Virus record (IMG/VR): IMGVR_UViG_3300038675_001020
Location: 3,944-67,943 of that record
Strand: one strand, 5' to 3'
Length of the DNA stretch: 64,000 nt
Source of the DNA: a virus
Both the position numbers and the translations under genes were made by a program. Below the pieces are notes generated by a model. The model made no database searches and was not told the DNA's origin. It saw only the letters and a program-made list of their open reading frames with translations. Below are positions 35,909 to 46,251 of the stretch, in pieces (positions within the stretch are counted from its first letter, which is position 1; the number at the start of each line of letters is the position of its first letter).

Positions 35909-36544
35909 ATGGCTCTGGAAGCGCTCAAGCGAAACGGACACAATCTGCACATTGGGGAGTTTGAGACGGATGGCCGCTATAACATCCCTGTGCTGAAGCC
36001 GATCCTGCTGGAACACAGACTTCACTGGCTGCCGTTCAACTGCGCCCGGACGGACAAGGGCCGCAGCGCCCACGGCATCCACTTCTTCGTGGACGATTAC
36101 CTCTTCGAGCGGGTGTGGAACGACCCGGCGCGCTATGCGCTCTTGCTTTCCGACTTCCACGCGGTCATGACGCCGGACTTCAGCCTGTTTACCGACTATC
36201 CCCTGCCGGTGCAGATCTACAATCACTGGCGCAAACACCTGCTGGGCGCGTACTGGCAGAGCAGAGGCATAACGGTGATCCCCTCTGTCTGCTGGAGCGA
36301 CGAAGCCAGCTTTGACTGGTGCTTCGACGGCGAACCGGTGGGAGGCACGGTGTCTGTGTCCTCCGTGGGCACGCAGAAGAACCCGGAGGCCAAAAGACTG
36401 TTTCTCGCCGGATATCGGGAGATGATGGAGCGACTGAAGCCTTCAAAGGTCATTTTCTTCGGCGACATGCCGGAGGGCTGCGAAGGGAACCTCGAGCGGC
36501 ACAGCGCCTATCATGCCGCCCTCCCACATGCGCGGCAGAGGTGA
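35909..36544 (+). CDS. DUF4417 family protein
   Basis: IHFFVDDYLFERVWNDP, TPDFSLF.D.P, QIYNHWR, VIPSV.W, FDG. Confidence 0.82.
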   Translation: MALEALKRNGHNLHIGEFETDGRYNIPVLKPILLEHRLHWLPFNCARTDKGRSAHGIHFFVDDYLFERVWNDPARYALLLSDFHAVMTPDFSLFTDYPLPVQIYNHWRKHLLGAYWQSRGITVIPSVCWSDEASFDWCFDGEPVGGTVSVSSVGTQKNPEAKRLFLAGYREMMERLKPSKVIFFGDMPEGCEGNLERHSAYHAALPHARQR

Positions 36545-36547
36545 TCC

Positions 36548-37186
36548 ATGGGCGGAAGAGGCGGATCGTCCCATCGCGGCGGTGGAGGCGGCTTTGGCCG
36601 GGATCATCTGGCAGAGTGGACGGACAACGAATCGGCGCTGCGGCAGATTATGCGGGATACAGGGCTGCCGGAAGCAGCTGCGCGACGGGTTCAGCAGGAC
36701 ATGATCCGCTACTTCGGCGCGGACTATGCATCCTTTACCAACGGCTCGCTGCCGGTGGAAACGCAAAGGATCACCGATGCGCTGCTGAAAATGCCTTACT
36801 ACAACGCCGGGCCAATCTATCGCGGAATCCACGTGCCCAACGCGGTGGCGGATCGTTTTTTGCAGGACTATCAGGTGGGAACCCGGCACAGCTTTGGCAT
36901 CCTGCAGTCGTTCTCCAGCCGGGAGGACGTTGCCGAGAGCTTTGGCGTGTGGAACGCCGTGTACGGCCACACAACGAGCATCAAGTTTGTCCTGCAGGGC
37001 AATAAAACCGCGCCCAGCACAGTGCACATTTCCCACTTTGGATATTCGGAATCGGAAGTGCTTTCGCCGCACATCCAGGAATTTGAGGTGCTGCGGGCCG
37101 AGGTGGAAGCCGGCGCACAGGGGCACAGGCGGATCACATTTTATCTGGAGGACAGGACGAGGCGGAAAGGACGGAAATCAAAATGA
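36548..37186 (+). CDS. MGGRGG-leader protein with putative R-S-E ADP-ribosyltransferase domain
   Basis: IYRG, QSFSS and ESEVL in ART order and spacing. Confidence 0.7.
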   Translation: MGGRGGSSHRGGGGGFGRDHLAEWTDNESALRQIMRDTGLPEAAARRVQQDMIRYFGADYASFTNGSLPVETQRITDALLKMPYYNAGPIYRGIHVPNAVADRFLQDYQVGTRHSFGILQSFSSREDVAESFGVWNAVYGHTTSIKFVLQGNKTAPSTVHISHFGYSESEVLSPHIQEFEVLRAEVEAGAQGHRRITFYLEDRTRRKGRKSK

Positions 37187-37500
37187 GAGAAGCAATCCGG
37201 GATTGCCTGACGCTGTTGGAGAGCGGATATGAAGCGGAGTGGGAAGGGTATTTTCCCCGATACGATCCGCGCCTGCAGGCGCTGCGGCAGAAGGTGTTGG
37301 AGCGTGAAGGCGCGCAGGAGACGGCAGCCTGTCAGACGAAGCCGGCTGACGAACTGAATGTTGAGGAACTCCTTGTGCATCTGGCGTGGATCTTCCTCGC
37401 CGAGCGCATGAGCGCGGGCTTTCTGGACACGCAGATCCGAAGCGGCGAGTTGGAAAAACTGCTGCGCCGGTATCTTGATCTGACGGAGGTGGAAGGATGA
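37183..37500 (+). CDS. Small helical protein (DUF6508-like), possible immunity protein
   Basis: ERMSAG.L....SG.L..LL.R; ATGA-coupled to the ART gene. Confidence 0.5.
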   Translation: MREAIRDCLTLLESGYEAEWEGYFPRYDPRLQALRQKVLEREGAQETAACQTKPADELNVEELLVHLAWIFLAERMSAGFLDTQIRSGELEKLLRRYLDLTEVEG

Positions 37501-37886
37501 TCACCTGCACGCTGAACGGCAAGAAGTACGCGGTGGACTACATCACCGGGCGCGCGCTGCGGGAGATGGAGCCCGCGGCAAAGATGTACGGGCGCATCGT
37601 TTCGCTGTCCAACGCGGCGCTCAAGGGCGAGCTGCCGGAGGAGGCGAAGGAGCTGTCCATTCCGGAGGCCATGGATGAGATGATCCGCTGGTTCTGCATC
37701 CTGTTCGGCAACCAGTTCACGCCGGACGACGTGCTGGACTACTATCCCGTAGACCGGCTGATGCACGACATCGCGCTGGCGCTCATGGCGGTGCAGACGC
37801 AGACGACCAGCATCCTGGACGAGTTCCCTACGAAGGCGGCGCAGGCGGAGAAGGGAGCGGAGCAGCCGCAGACACAGACCGCCTGA
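37497..37886 (+). CDS. Tail assembly chaperone (gpG-like)
   Basis: LFGNQFT.DD motif; position before tape measure. Confidence 0.8.
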   Translation: MITCTLNGKKYAVDYITGRALREMEPAAKMYGRIVSLSNAALKGELPEEAKELSIPEAMDEMIRWFCILFGNQFTPDDVLDYYPVDRLMHDIALALMAVQTQTTSILDEFPTKAAQAEKGAEQPQTQTA

Positions 37887-38074
37887 CGCTGCCGGACTTC
37901 ATCTACTCGACGTACAACAGCCTGCTGGAGAGCGGCTGGCGGATGGACGAGATCGACCGAATGGACATGCCGGGGTTCCTGCGCGTGCGGGCGTGGCACG
38001 CAAGGCGGGAGCAGGACAAAAAGAAACCTCGTCGGCGGTATATCGACGAGGTGTGGCCTGAGGTGAAGCCGTGA
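37826..38074 (+). CDS. gpT-like -1 frame extension of the tail chaperone
   Basis: Open -1 frame LTLPDFIYSTYNSLLESGWRMDEIDRMD...YIDEVW with no RBS/start ahead of it; candidate slip TTC CCT ACG at 37824-37832. Confidence 0.65.
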   Translation, partial: PYEGGAGGEGSGAAADTDRLTLPDFIYSTYNSLLESGWRMDEIDRMDMPGFLRVRAWHARREQDKKKPRRRYIDEVWPEVKP

Positions 38075-38077
38075 AAA

Positions 38078-38971
38078 CTATTCCCAATCGAGCGTTTGAT
38101 GCTTCCATACGCCGAAAAATTCGTTATCTGTGAGAATTGACTGGTAAATGGGAGTAAGCATTTTGCGCAGGACAGCCAGAACGCTATCAAAAGCAAGTTC
38201 ATCGTGGTGGATTCGTTTACAAAATGCATTCCATTGAGCGATCTTTTCTGGCATGCTGCTAAATGCGGCGTCGAGGACAATCGGGTTTGTTTCAATGAGC
38301 GTAGCGCGCTTTGCAACGGTCTGTTGAACGGCTTCGAACAGGACTCTTCCATCAAAGTCATATGTGCTGGCCATCATATAAATGTCAAAGAAGTCCTTCA
38401 TCCGGCTGTTTGCTTGAGCCAGATACAGCATGGCCTGGAATTTTTCCGCGATGATGGATTCTCTAGAATACGCCCACAGATTGATCTCGTCCATGCCGAG
38501 CAGAGAAGGATAGACCATGCGCTCTGGATGAGGCACGATGACATCGCCGAAGCCCAGATCGAACTGAAGGACGCTGCGAGAGCGTTCAAGAAAGCCGGTC
38601 AGCTTCATGCGAACCCCGTGATAGTCTGCACCTTCTGTAATGGCCTCCGCGGTCAGCGTGTTGGGATCAAAAACAACTGCGTCATCAGCTTTGATTGCGC
38701 ATACATTGGTAAAGATAGCCTTGAGGTTTTCCGGTGAGTTGGACGTAAAACGGGCCAAAAAGTCAATATCCCGCGTTGCACGAGCCTTTTCGGCAAAGAG
38801 AACGTGCAAAAGCAGTCCGCCCTTGAGCACAAAATCATCTGCATACTTTGATATGGACAGCCGGTAGAGAAGCCTTTCAATCATGTAGTGCGTTTGAACA
38901 TAGTCATAGGGTTTGTGCTCTTTTGCGGCGAGATTGCGAAGCCTGGCTTTGATGCTGGCGGCGTTATTCAT
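38078..38971 (-). CDS. abiEii: AbiEii nucleotidyltransferase toxin (type IV TA)
   Basis: ERLLYRLS, FVLKGG, RATRDIDF, AEKFQA, SRMKDFFD. Confidence 0.92.
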   Translation of the reverse strand: MNNAASIKARLRNLAAKEHKPYDYVQTHYMIERLLYRLSISKYADDFVLKGGLLLHVLFAEKARATRDIDFLARFTSNSPENLKAIFTNVCAIKADDAVVFDPNTLTAEAITEGADYHGVRMKLTGFLERSRSVLQFDLGFGDVIVPHPERMVYPSLLGMDEINLWAYSRESIIAEKFQAMLYLAQANSRMKDFFDIYMMASTYDFDGRVLFEAVQQTVAKRATLIETNPIVLDAAFSSMPEKIAQWNAFCKRIHHDELAFDSVLAVLRKMLTPIYQSILTDNEFFGVWKHQTLDWE

Positions 38972-39579
38972 AGCAAAACCTCCACATATGGCGTGAGTCG
39001 TTTCCTGACGCGAAGTCTTTCGGCAGTGGCATATAACTTTTGCAGATTCTTCGGGCCGCGCATATAGCTGCGAATGATTTCAGCGACAACATCCATTCCC
39101 AGCTCATTCTGTCGTTTGAAGCAGTCGCAGACGGTTCTTTCGCGGTCATACATAGGCAGAATGCCATATTCTGTCTGGACTTTCTGCCGCCCGCATTCGT
39201 AGAGAGGTGTTTTGTGTTGAACAATGTCCACTGGTGGGTAATCCGGGGCTTGCGGCTTTTTTCCACGATTGGGTACTGCTACGTGGATAACATCTGGAAT
39301 GACTGTGGTAAGTCCATACAGCGCCGCAGCAGAGATGAAACAAATAATGGCGTCGGGCAATAGCTGAACGACAATTTGGTAATCCGACACATGCTCAAGC
39401 CGTTTTGGATCGATATAGAAGCCAGTCTTGAGCCTGATCAAATGACCGGCGTTGGTGAATGCGTCAAGCTCCCGAGCGCCAATGCCAGCCTGACGGAAGG
39501 CGGATGTGCGAATAATACCGGGTTGAGATGCGATAAACTCCTGGACCATTTGCATGCGCCGCGCCAAGTATTGCACCAC
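38968..39579 (-). CDS. abiEi: AbiEi antitoxin (start uncertain)
   Basis: wHTH N-terminus with RLKTGFY, SAAALYGLT, YDRERTVCD. Confidence 0.9.
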   Translation of the reverse strand: MVQYLARRMQMVQEFIASQPGIIRTSAFRQAGIGARELDAFTNAGHLIRLKTGFYIDPKRLEHVSDYQIVVQLLPDAIICFISAAALYGLTTVIPDVIHVAVPNRGKKPQAPDYPPVDIVQHKTPLYECGRQKVQTEYGILPMYDRERTVCDCFKRQNELGMDVVAEIIRSYMRGPKNLQKLYATAERLRVRKRLTPYVEVLL

Positions 39580-39622
39580 CTTTCAGTTTTGGAGAAAGCA
39601 AAAGCTGACATTTGATGCAACG

Positions 39623-39651
39623 ATTTTACCAGCAACTTCGTGTTTAGTCAA
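39623..39651 (-). promoter_or_regulatory. Sigma70/SigA promoter of the abiE operon
   Basis: Minus TTGACT-17 bp-TAAAAT. Confidence 0.7.
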
Positions 39652-39697
39652 GTAAAAAGATCAAACGAAGCAAGAAATCAAAGGCAGGTGAGAGCAC

Positions 39698-42600
39698 ATG
39701 AGCGAAACGCTGCGGGACCTGGTGGTATCGCTGTCGCTGCAGACGGACAACTTCACACGAAACATCCGCTCGGTGAACAAGCAGATCGCAGAGGCGGAGA
39801 GCAAGTTCAAGCTGGCCGCCGCGGGGGTTGAGGGCTTTGAGAAGACCGCCGCCGGCCTGAGCACCCAGCTCTCCACGCTGGAGCGCAGGCTGTCCCTACA
39901 GAAAGATGCCGTCACGCAGTACGAGCGCGCGCTCACCGCTGCCAACAGCAAGCTGCAGGAGTGCTTCACCCGCCAGACGGATTACGCCCAGCGCCTTACG
40001 GACGCCCGGACGGCGCAGCAGGCGCTCAAGGAACAGGTTGCCGCGGCGGCGCAGCAGGTGCGCGTGTTTTCCTCCACGCTGGGCGAGAACGATTCCGCGA
40101 CCCTCGCCGCCAAGGCCAATCTGGACGCGCTCAAGACCGAGTACCGCGCCTCGGTACAGGAGGTCAAAAAGCTCGCCGGGCAGAACACGGCGTTGAGCAA
40201 ATCCACCCAGAACGCCGCCGACGCGGTGAGCACGGCCAGCACCAACCTCAACAAAGCCCGTGCCGCCGTCAAGACCACGCAGGCGGAGATCGACAAGTGC
40301 AATCAGGCGCTGCGGTTGGCGCAGACGAATTGGGAAGCAGCAGGCGAGGCCATCGAGGACAGCCGCGCGGCCATCGCCACTTTCGGCAAGCAGATCGGAC
40401 TTGCTGAGAGCAAATTCAAGCTGGCCACGGCGGGCATCAAGGATCTGGATACCAGCGTCACAGGGCTCTCTGCCAAGCTGACGCTGCTGGGTGAGAAGCT
40501 GGCGCTCCAGCAGCAGTCCGTAGCGCAGTACGAAAATGCCCTGCGCGGCGCGCGGGAACAGCTCATCGCCGCCCAGCAGGCCAGCGATCCGGAGAAGATC
40601 CGTCAGGCAAGCGACGCGGTTATTGATGCCGAGGCCGCGCTCAACCGAGCCAAAGCCGCTGTAGCTTCCACGAGAGCGGAGATCGACAAGACCAACAAGC
40701 AGCTTGCCACCGCAAAATCCGCATGGACAGCGGCGGGCAAGGAGCTGGAGGCCTTTGGCAAGAAGTGCGAGACGGTCTCCAGGACGCTGACGGCAGCCGG
40801 ACGCACGCTGTCCACTGCCATGACCGCGCCCATTCTCTCGCTGGGCGCGGCGGCGATCAAGGCGTCGGTGTCCTACGAGAGCGCATTTACCTCCGTCAGG
40901 AAAACTGTAGACGCAACGGAAGAACAGTACGATTCCCTCTCCAGCGAGATCAAGCAGATGTCCACGGAAATAGCGACCTCTGCTGATGACATCGCCGAGG
41001 TCGTGGCCATCGCCGGACAGCTGGGCATCGAGACGGACTATCTCACGGAGTTTGCCCGCACCATGATCAACCTGGGCAATTCCACGGACATCGTGGCGGA
41101 CGAAGCCGCCAGCGTGCTGGCGAAGTTCGCGAACATCACGGGCATGAACCAGAGCGAGTTCGACAATCTCGGCGCGTCGCTGGTCGACCTGGGCAACAAC
41201 TGCGCCACTACGGAATCGGCCATCATGAACATGGCCATGCGCCTCGCTGCGGCGGGCACGCAGGTGGGTCTTTCGGAGGCGCAGATTCTGGGCTTTGCGG
41301 CGGCGCTGTCGTCGGTAGGCATCGAGGCGGAGATGGGCGGTTCGGCCTTTTCCAAGGCGCTGGTCAACATGGAGGTGGCCGCGGCCACGGGCGGAGAATC
41401 TCTGGAGGATTTCGCCCGCGTGTCCGGCATGACGGCGGAGGGGTTCAAGGCGCTGTGGGACAGCGATCCGGCATCGGCGTTTCAGGCGTTCATCGTGGGT
41501 TTGTCCAAAATGGACGAGGAAGGCGCGTCGGCCATCGCCACGCTGAATGAGATCGGGATCAATGAAATCAGGCTGCGCGACACGCTGCTGCGCGCGACGA
41601 ACGCCACGGAGCTGTTCGCCGGGACGCAGGCCATGGCCAACGCCGCGTGGGAAGAAAACGCTGCCCTGACGGAAGAAGCCGGGAAGCGGTACGCGACCAC
41701 GGAAAGCCGGCTGGTCAACCTCAAGAACAAGGCTGTGCTGTTCGGCCAGCAGATCGGGGACGACCTCAATCCTATGATCCAGAACCTCATTGACGGCACA
41801 GGCGAGCTGATAGACAAGTTCCTCGAAATGGACGAAGCCCAGCGGATGCAGGTCATCCGCTATGCGGCCATCGCGGCGTCGATCGGACCGGTGCTGCTGC
41901 TCATGGGCAAGGTGAGCAAGGGCGTGGGCGCGCTGTCCGCGGGCATCGGGAAGTTTGCCACGGCGGTGGGCAAGGCGGGCGGCGGCTGGTCGGGATTTCT
42001 TTCGGTACTCACCAAGTCTCCTGCCGTGTGGCTGGCGGTCGCCGCGGCAGTGGTGGCGGGTACGGTCGCCTTGGTGGACTATGTTTCCGGCGCGAAGCAG
42101 GCGCGGGAAGCGCTGGAAGGCATGAATGAGACCGCGAAGAAGTGGAAGGACACCGCCGCCGAAACCTTCTATGGCAAGAGCGAAGGGCTGTCCTTCTTCG
42201 GCATGGGTAAGGAGGACTTCGCCCGCGATCAACAATCCGCCGTGGACTGGCTGGACGGGCTTCTCAAGGTCTGGACGGACGGGGAGAAGGAATCGGATGA
42301 AATCGTTTCGCACTGGACGGAATCGTTTAAGAGCCTGACGGCTTCCACCCGCGAGGAATTGCAGGCGTTGAAGGACACCGCAGATCAAGCGGGCTATACC
42401 GGTGTGTCCGAGCAGCTTGCGGCGGACATAGAAACGCTGGATTCGCTGGACGCGGAGATCGAAGCGCTGCTCAAGAAGCGCCAGAACGGATACTTCTCGG
42501 AGGCGGATCAGATCCGCCTGCAGGAACTCATCGACACGCGGGAAGCCATCGAGATCAAGTATAACCTCGTGCCCGCTGACGTGGACGGCTTCGATACCAT

Positions 42601-45433
42601 CCGCCAGAAGCTGGAAGCAGAAGTGGCGAGAGCACAGGCGCGCGGCAAGGGAGACGCGGACGTAAAAGTCTACGAAAACGCCATGGTCGCCGCGGCGGAA
42701 GGGCTGGCGGCGGTGAACGCGCAGATCGACGAACAGTATGACAAGGAATATGCGCTCATTCAGCTCATCGAGGACAGCACAGAGCGGCAAAGTGCCATGG
42801 AGGAACTCAATGCGCGGTACAACGAGAATCGCCGGAATGCCGCCATGGAATATGCCGCGCTGCTGGCGGACATCGTGCCGCAGGTCTGGGCGCAGGCCGA
42901 CATTCAGCAGGCAGCTTCGGACGTGGACGCGCTGACGCAGAAGCTGCGCGAGTACAGCGCGGCGGGCGAAAGCGAAAAGCCCGCCCTGCTGGAAGACCTG
43001 AACGCCATCACCGCCGCCATGGACGAAGGCGCCATGACCGAGTACATCGCCATGCTGACGCAGATCCAGTCGCTGCTGGATCAGGGCATGACGGAGGACG
43101 AGATTCAGGCGATGTTCCCGGAGATCGACTTTACCACGGCGCTGGAGCAGATCGCGTCCATTCAGGCGTTCCTCAACAACCGCGAACTGGAGCTGCCGGG
43201 CCTGACGGAGATGTTCGGGGAAGCGCTGCCGGAGGAAGTGCTGACCATCGCCACCGACCTGGATATGACCGGCGCGCAGGAGCGGTGGGACACATTCGCC
43301 GCAGACCCCGGCGCGATTACGACGGACGCCATCATTGCCCAGCTGAAGGAAGACGAGAACACGAAGCGCGTGCAGCCGCAGGTGGACGCGTTCATCGCCA
43401 AGTATACGGAGATTGCAGAAGGCGCGGACACCGCTTCTCTCACGCCGGAGGGCATCATCGCGCTGGTCAATGCCTATGCCGAAGCGACCAACGGCGCGGA
43501 TGTGTCCGGCCTGACGCCTCAGAACGTGACCGCCATGGTCGCAGCGTATGAGGAACTCGCCAGCGGCGTGGACATCTCCACGCTGAAACCCGACGAGATC
43601 ACGGCCTATATTTCAAATTATCTGGAAGAGCACAATGTGGATACCAGCGGTCTGACCCCGGATGGTCTGACCGCTTTTGTGTTGGCGTATCAGGAGGTCA
43701 CGGGCGGCGCGCTGACCACGGCGCTCACGCCGGACGGCATCACGGCCATGGTGGCAAAATACCTCGAAGCGGAGGATGTGGACATATCCGCCCTCTCGCC
43801 GGATCAGGTGGAGGCCATCGTCAGCGCGTTTGCGGAAGCCACGGGCTGCGACAAATCCCAGCTGCTTCAGGACTTCACGGCCTACATCGCAAGATACGAT
43901 GACACCAACGCCCAAAAGCCCACGCTCAGCGTCAGCGTGGGCATCTACGGCTACGACCTCATGGCCTACCGCAAATTCATCGCGGAAAACCCGGTCGAGG
44001 TGCAGGGCATTGTCAAGCTGGGCGAGGTGTACGAGAACCCAGAAGAGGCGTTGCTGGATCCGCAGACAAAGTTCTGGCAGGATGGGCAGCAGATCCCCGT
44101 GGAAGCCGTGCCTACCGAACTGCTCACCGCCGACAAAGTGGCGGTATTGGACGAAGACGGCACGCTGCATGTGCTCATCGCCCCGGATGTGACCGGCGCG
44201 CAGGAAGCCATTGACAGCCTGCGCACGGAAGTGGCGGAGGTCGATCAGCTGGGCGTGACCGCGCTGGGCAAGGCTACCGGCCTTTTGCCCGAGACGAGCC
44301 TGGACATGATTGAGTCCGCGCTCTCCCGGTTGCAATCCTATCAGGAAACGCTGGATTACAACTGGTGGGACAAGTTCTGGGCAGGCGTGTTCGGCGCATC
44401 CACCGACAAGGGCACGTTGGACACCAGCATGAAGCTGGACTTCCCAGCCGAACGCGTGGCGGAGTTGTCCACCTATGTGGGCGAGATCGTGGCGGCGATC
44501 CAGCAGGGGCAGGAAGTCAAGCAGGAAGACCTCGACAATTTGCAGACCATCCTGACATTTTTGCAGGAACTGGATACCAGCGAGGTCGGCACACACATCC
44601 TGGAAGGCGTGGGCGAAGGCATGACGGCGGCGGGCTGGGACAGCGACGCGGAGACGGTGGCCAGCAATCTGGAGGCGGCATTGAACCTGGCGCTGGGCAT
44701 CCAGAGTCCGTCCACCCGTGTAAAGCCCGTGGGCGCGAACGTCTCGGCGGGCGTGGGTGAAGGCATGAAGACCTACGACTTCAGCTCGGACGCTTCCCTG
44801 CTTGCCGCTGCGCTGGAAGCGGCGGTCGGAATGGCCCTGCCGCAAAGCGCGCTTGCGCCTTATGGTACAGTGGCGATTCAAGGCATGGCAAACGCCATGA
44901 CCAGCTACAGCATGAGCGGCACGGGCAGCGCCATTGCCGCCAGCGTGCGCAGCTCAGTGAACAACAGTCTCAACAGCGGCACGCTGCGCTCGGCGGGCGT
45001 AAACGCCATGGCGGGACTGAAGGCGGGCATCAACGCGGGCCGCAGCGGTGTGATTTCAGCCATGCGGTCGGCTGCGCGCGCGGCGATCAGCGCGGCGAAG
45101 AGCGAACTGAAAATCAAATCCCCCTCAAAGGTCTTTGAGGAAGAGGTCGGCGTCATGGTCATGCGCGGTCTGGGCCAGGGCGTGCTCAAGGAGAGCCGCG
45201 AACAGGCGAGGGTCATCCGCAACGCTGCGCGCTACCTGACCGGCGAAGCCAAAGCCGGGAGCATCCAGACCACCAGCAACGACAACCGGCGCACGTACAA
45301 CAATAGCGTCAATTCTACCATTCAGGTGCAGCAGATGGTGGTGCGCGACGAGCAGGACATCCGCGCGCTGGCGGTGGAGATCGCTACACTGACGCGACGG
45401 CAGCAGCGCGGGAAAGGGCTACGGATGGCGTAA
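39698..45433 (+). CDS. Tape measure protein (TP901-type core)
   Basis: 1911 aa, Ala-rich helical, ESAFTSVRKT..AGQLGI core, SPS motifs. Confidence 0.93.
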   Translation: MSETLRDLVVSLSLQTDNFTRNIRSVNKQIAEAESKFKLAAAGVEGFEKTAAGLSTQLSTLERRLSLQKDAVTQYERALTAANSKLQECFTRQTDYAQRLTDARTAQQALKEQVAAAAQQVRVFSSTLGENDSATLAAKANLDALKTEYRASVQEVKKLAGQNTALSKSTQNAADAVSTASTNLNKARAAVKTTQAEIDKCNQALRLAQTNWEAAGEAIEDSRAAIATFGKQIGLAESKFKLATAGIKDLDTSVTGLSAKLTLLGEKLALQQQSVAQYENALRGAREQLIAAQQASDPEKIRQASDAVIDAEAALNRAKAAVASTRAEIDKTNKQLATAKSAWTAAGKELEAFGKKCETVSRTLTAAGRTLSTAMTAPILSLGAAAIKASVSYESAFTSVRKTVDATEEQYDSLSSEIKQMSTEIATSADDIAEVVAIAGQLGIETDYLTEFARTMINLGNSTDIVADEAASVLAKFANITGMNQSEFDNLGASLVDLGNNCATTESAIMNMAMRLAAAGTQVGLSEAQILGFAAALSSVGIEAEMGGSAFSKALVNMEVAAATGGESLEDFARVSGMTAEGFKALWDSDPASAFQAFIVGLSKMDEEGASAIATLNEIGINEIRLRDTLLRATNATELFAGTQAMANAAWEENAALTEEAGKRYATTESRLVNLKNKAVLFGQQIGDDLNPMIQNLIDGTGELIDKFLEMDEAQRMQVIRYAAIAASIGPVLLLMGKVSKGVGALSAGIGKFATAVGKAGGGWSGFLSVLTKSPAVWLAVAAAVVAGTVALVDYVSGAKQAREALEGMNETAKKWKDTAAETFYGKSEGLSFFGMGKEDFARDQQSAVDWLDGLLKVWTDGEKESDEIVSHWTESFKSLTASTREELQALKDTADQAGYTGVSEQLAADIETLDSLDAEIEALLKKRQNGYFSEADQIRLQELIDTREAIEIKYNLVPADVDGFDTIRQKLEAEVARAQARGKGDADVKVYENAMVAAAEGLAAVNAQIDEQYDKEYALIQLIEDSTERQSAMEELNARYNENRRNAAMEYAALLADIVPQVWAQADIQQAASDVDALTQKLREYSAAGESEKPALLEDLNAITAAMDEGAMTEYIAMLTQIQSLLDQGMTEDEIQAMFPEIDFTTALEQIASIQAFLNNRELELPGLTEMFGEALPEEVLTIATDLDMTGAQERWDTFAADPGAITTDAIIAQLKEDENTKRVQPQVDAFIAKYTEIAEGADTASLTPEGIIALVNAYAEATNGADVSGLTPQNVTAMVAAYEELASGVDISTLKPDEITAYISNYLEEHNVDTSGLTPDGLTAFVLAYQEVTGGALTTALTPDGITAMVAKYLEAEDVDISALSPDQVEAIVSAFAEATGCDKSQLLQDFTAYIARYDDTNAQKPTLSVSVGIYGYDLMAYRKFIAENPVEVQGIVKLGEVYENPEEALLDPQTKFWQDGQQIPVEAVPTELLTADKVAVLDEDGTLHVLIAPDVTGAQEAIDSLRTEVAEVDQLGVTALGKATGLLPETSLDMIESALSRLQSYQETLDYNWWDKFWAGVFGASTDKGTLDTSMKLDFPAERVAELSTYVGEIVAAIQQGQEVKQEDLDNLQTILTFLQELDTSEVGTHILEGVGEGMTAAGWDSDAETVASNLEAALNLALGIQSPSTRVKPVGANVSAGVGEGMKTYDFSSDASLLAAALEAAVGMALPQSALAPYGTVAIQGMANAMTSYSMSGTGSAIAASVRSSVNNSLNSGTLRSAGVNAMAGLKAGINAGRSGVISAMRSAARAAISAAKSELKIKSPSKVFEEEVGVMVMRGLGQGVLKESREQARVIRNAARYLTGEAKAGSIQTTSNDNRRTYNNSVNSTIQVQQMVVRDEQDIRALAVEIATLTRRQQRGKGLRMA

Positions 45434-45441
45434 AACTTATC

Positions 45442-45472
45442 TTGACTTTCCGGCGGATGAGAGCGATAGATA
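45442..45472 (+). promoter_or_regulatory. Accessory-gene promoter-like motif, copy 5
   Basis: TTGACT-N13-GAGCGATAGATA, then tacccaaagcgaa as in copy 2. Confidence 0.65.
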
Positions 45473-45501
45473 CGATACCCAAAGCGAAGGAGGACGAGGA
45501 T

Positions 45502-46179
45502 ATGTCACATTTTTCGGTCGCGGTATTCTCCAGAACGCCCGGCGACGTCGAAGCGCTGCTGGCGCCATTTGACGAGCAGGTGGAAGCGGGTTCACCGTAT
45601 GCGGAGTTTGTCCGGAACGAGGAGTACGATTGGGACAAGACTGTGGGCGCAAAAGGCTACTGGCGCAACCCCAACGCCCGGTGGGACTGGTGGGAGATCG
45701 GCGGGCGCTGGCGCGGCCTGCTTCGGCTGCGTCCGGGCAAGAGCGGCTATACAGCGACGCTGGATTGCTGGCACAGTGATTTCGTCTATCCGCCCCATTG
45801 CTGCGACGCGGCGCTGGTCGCAGACTGCGATTTTTCACCGCAAGAGGCGCAGATCCGGCAGGCGGCGCGCATGTGGGAAGTGATCGTGGAAGGAGATAAG
45901 CCCCACGAGAACGAGAACTTCTTCAACCTATGGAAGCCGGAGTACTATCTGGAGCGCTACGGCGACAAGGAGACCTTCATCCGCCGTGAGTCGGCGTTCA
46001 GCACGTATGCCTTCATCACGGCGGAGGGTAAATGGCATGGACAGGGGCGCATGGGCTGGTTTGCCCTGGACGACGCCACCCACGAGAGCATAGCCAGCTA
46101 CGAGGAAGCGTTTCAGGCGTATCTGGAAAAGGCGCGCCGGGAAGGACTCGCGATTACCATTGTGGACTGCCATATCTGA
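45502..46179 (+). CDS. Moron hypothetical protein (MSHF...NPNARWDWWEIGGRW...VDCHI)
   Basis: Own promoter motif, AAGGAGG RBS and terminator between tape measure and Dit. Confidence 0.8.
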   Translation: MSHFSVAVFSRTPGDVEALLAPFDEQVEAGSPYAEFVRNEEYDWDKTVGAKGYWRNPNARWDWWEIGGRWRGLLRLRPGKSGYTATLDCWHSDFVYPPHCCDAALVADCDFSPQEAQIRQAARMWEVIVEGDKPHENENFFNLWKPEYYLERYGDKETFIRRESAFSTYAFITAEGKWHGQGRMGWFALDDATHESIASYEEAFQAYLEKARREGLAITIVDCHI

Positions 46180-46191
46180 GGAAAGGAACCG

Positions 46192-46216
46192 AAAAGCCGC
46201 CTTCGGGCGGTTTTTC
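46192..46216 (+). terminator. Intrinsic terminator
   Basis: aaaagccgcc-ttcg-ggcggttttt. Confidence 0.8.
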
Positions 46217-46251
46217 TTATGAGGAAATCGCAGGACGGAGGGAGATCAGCC

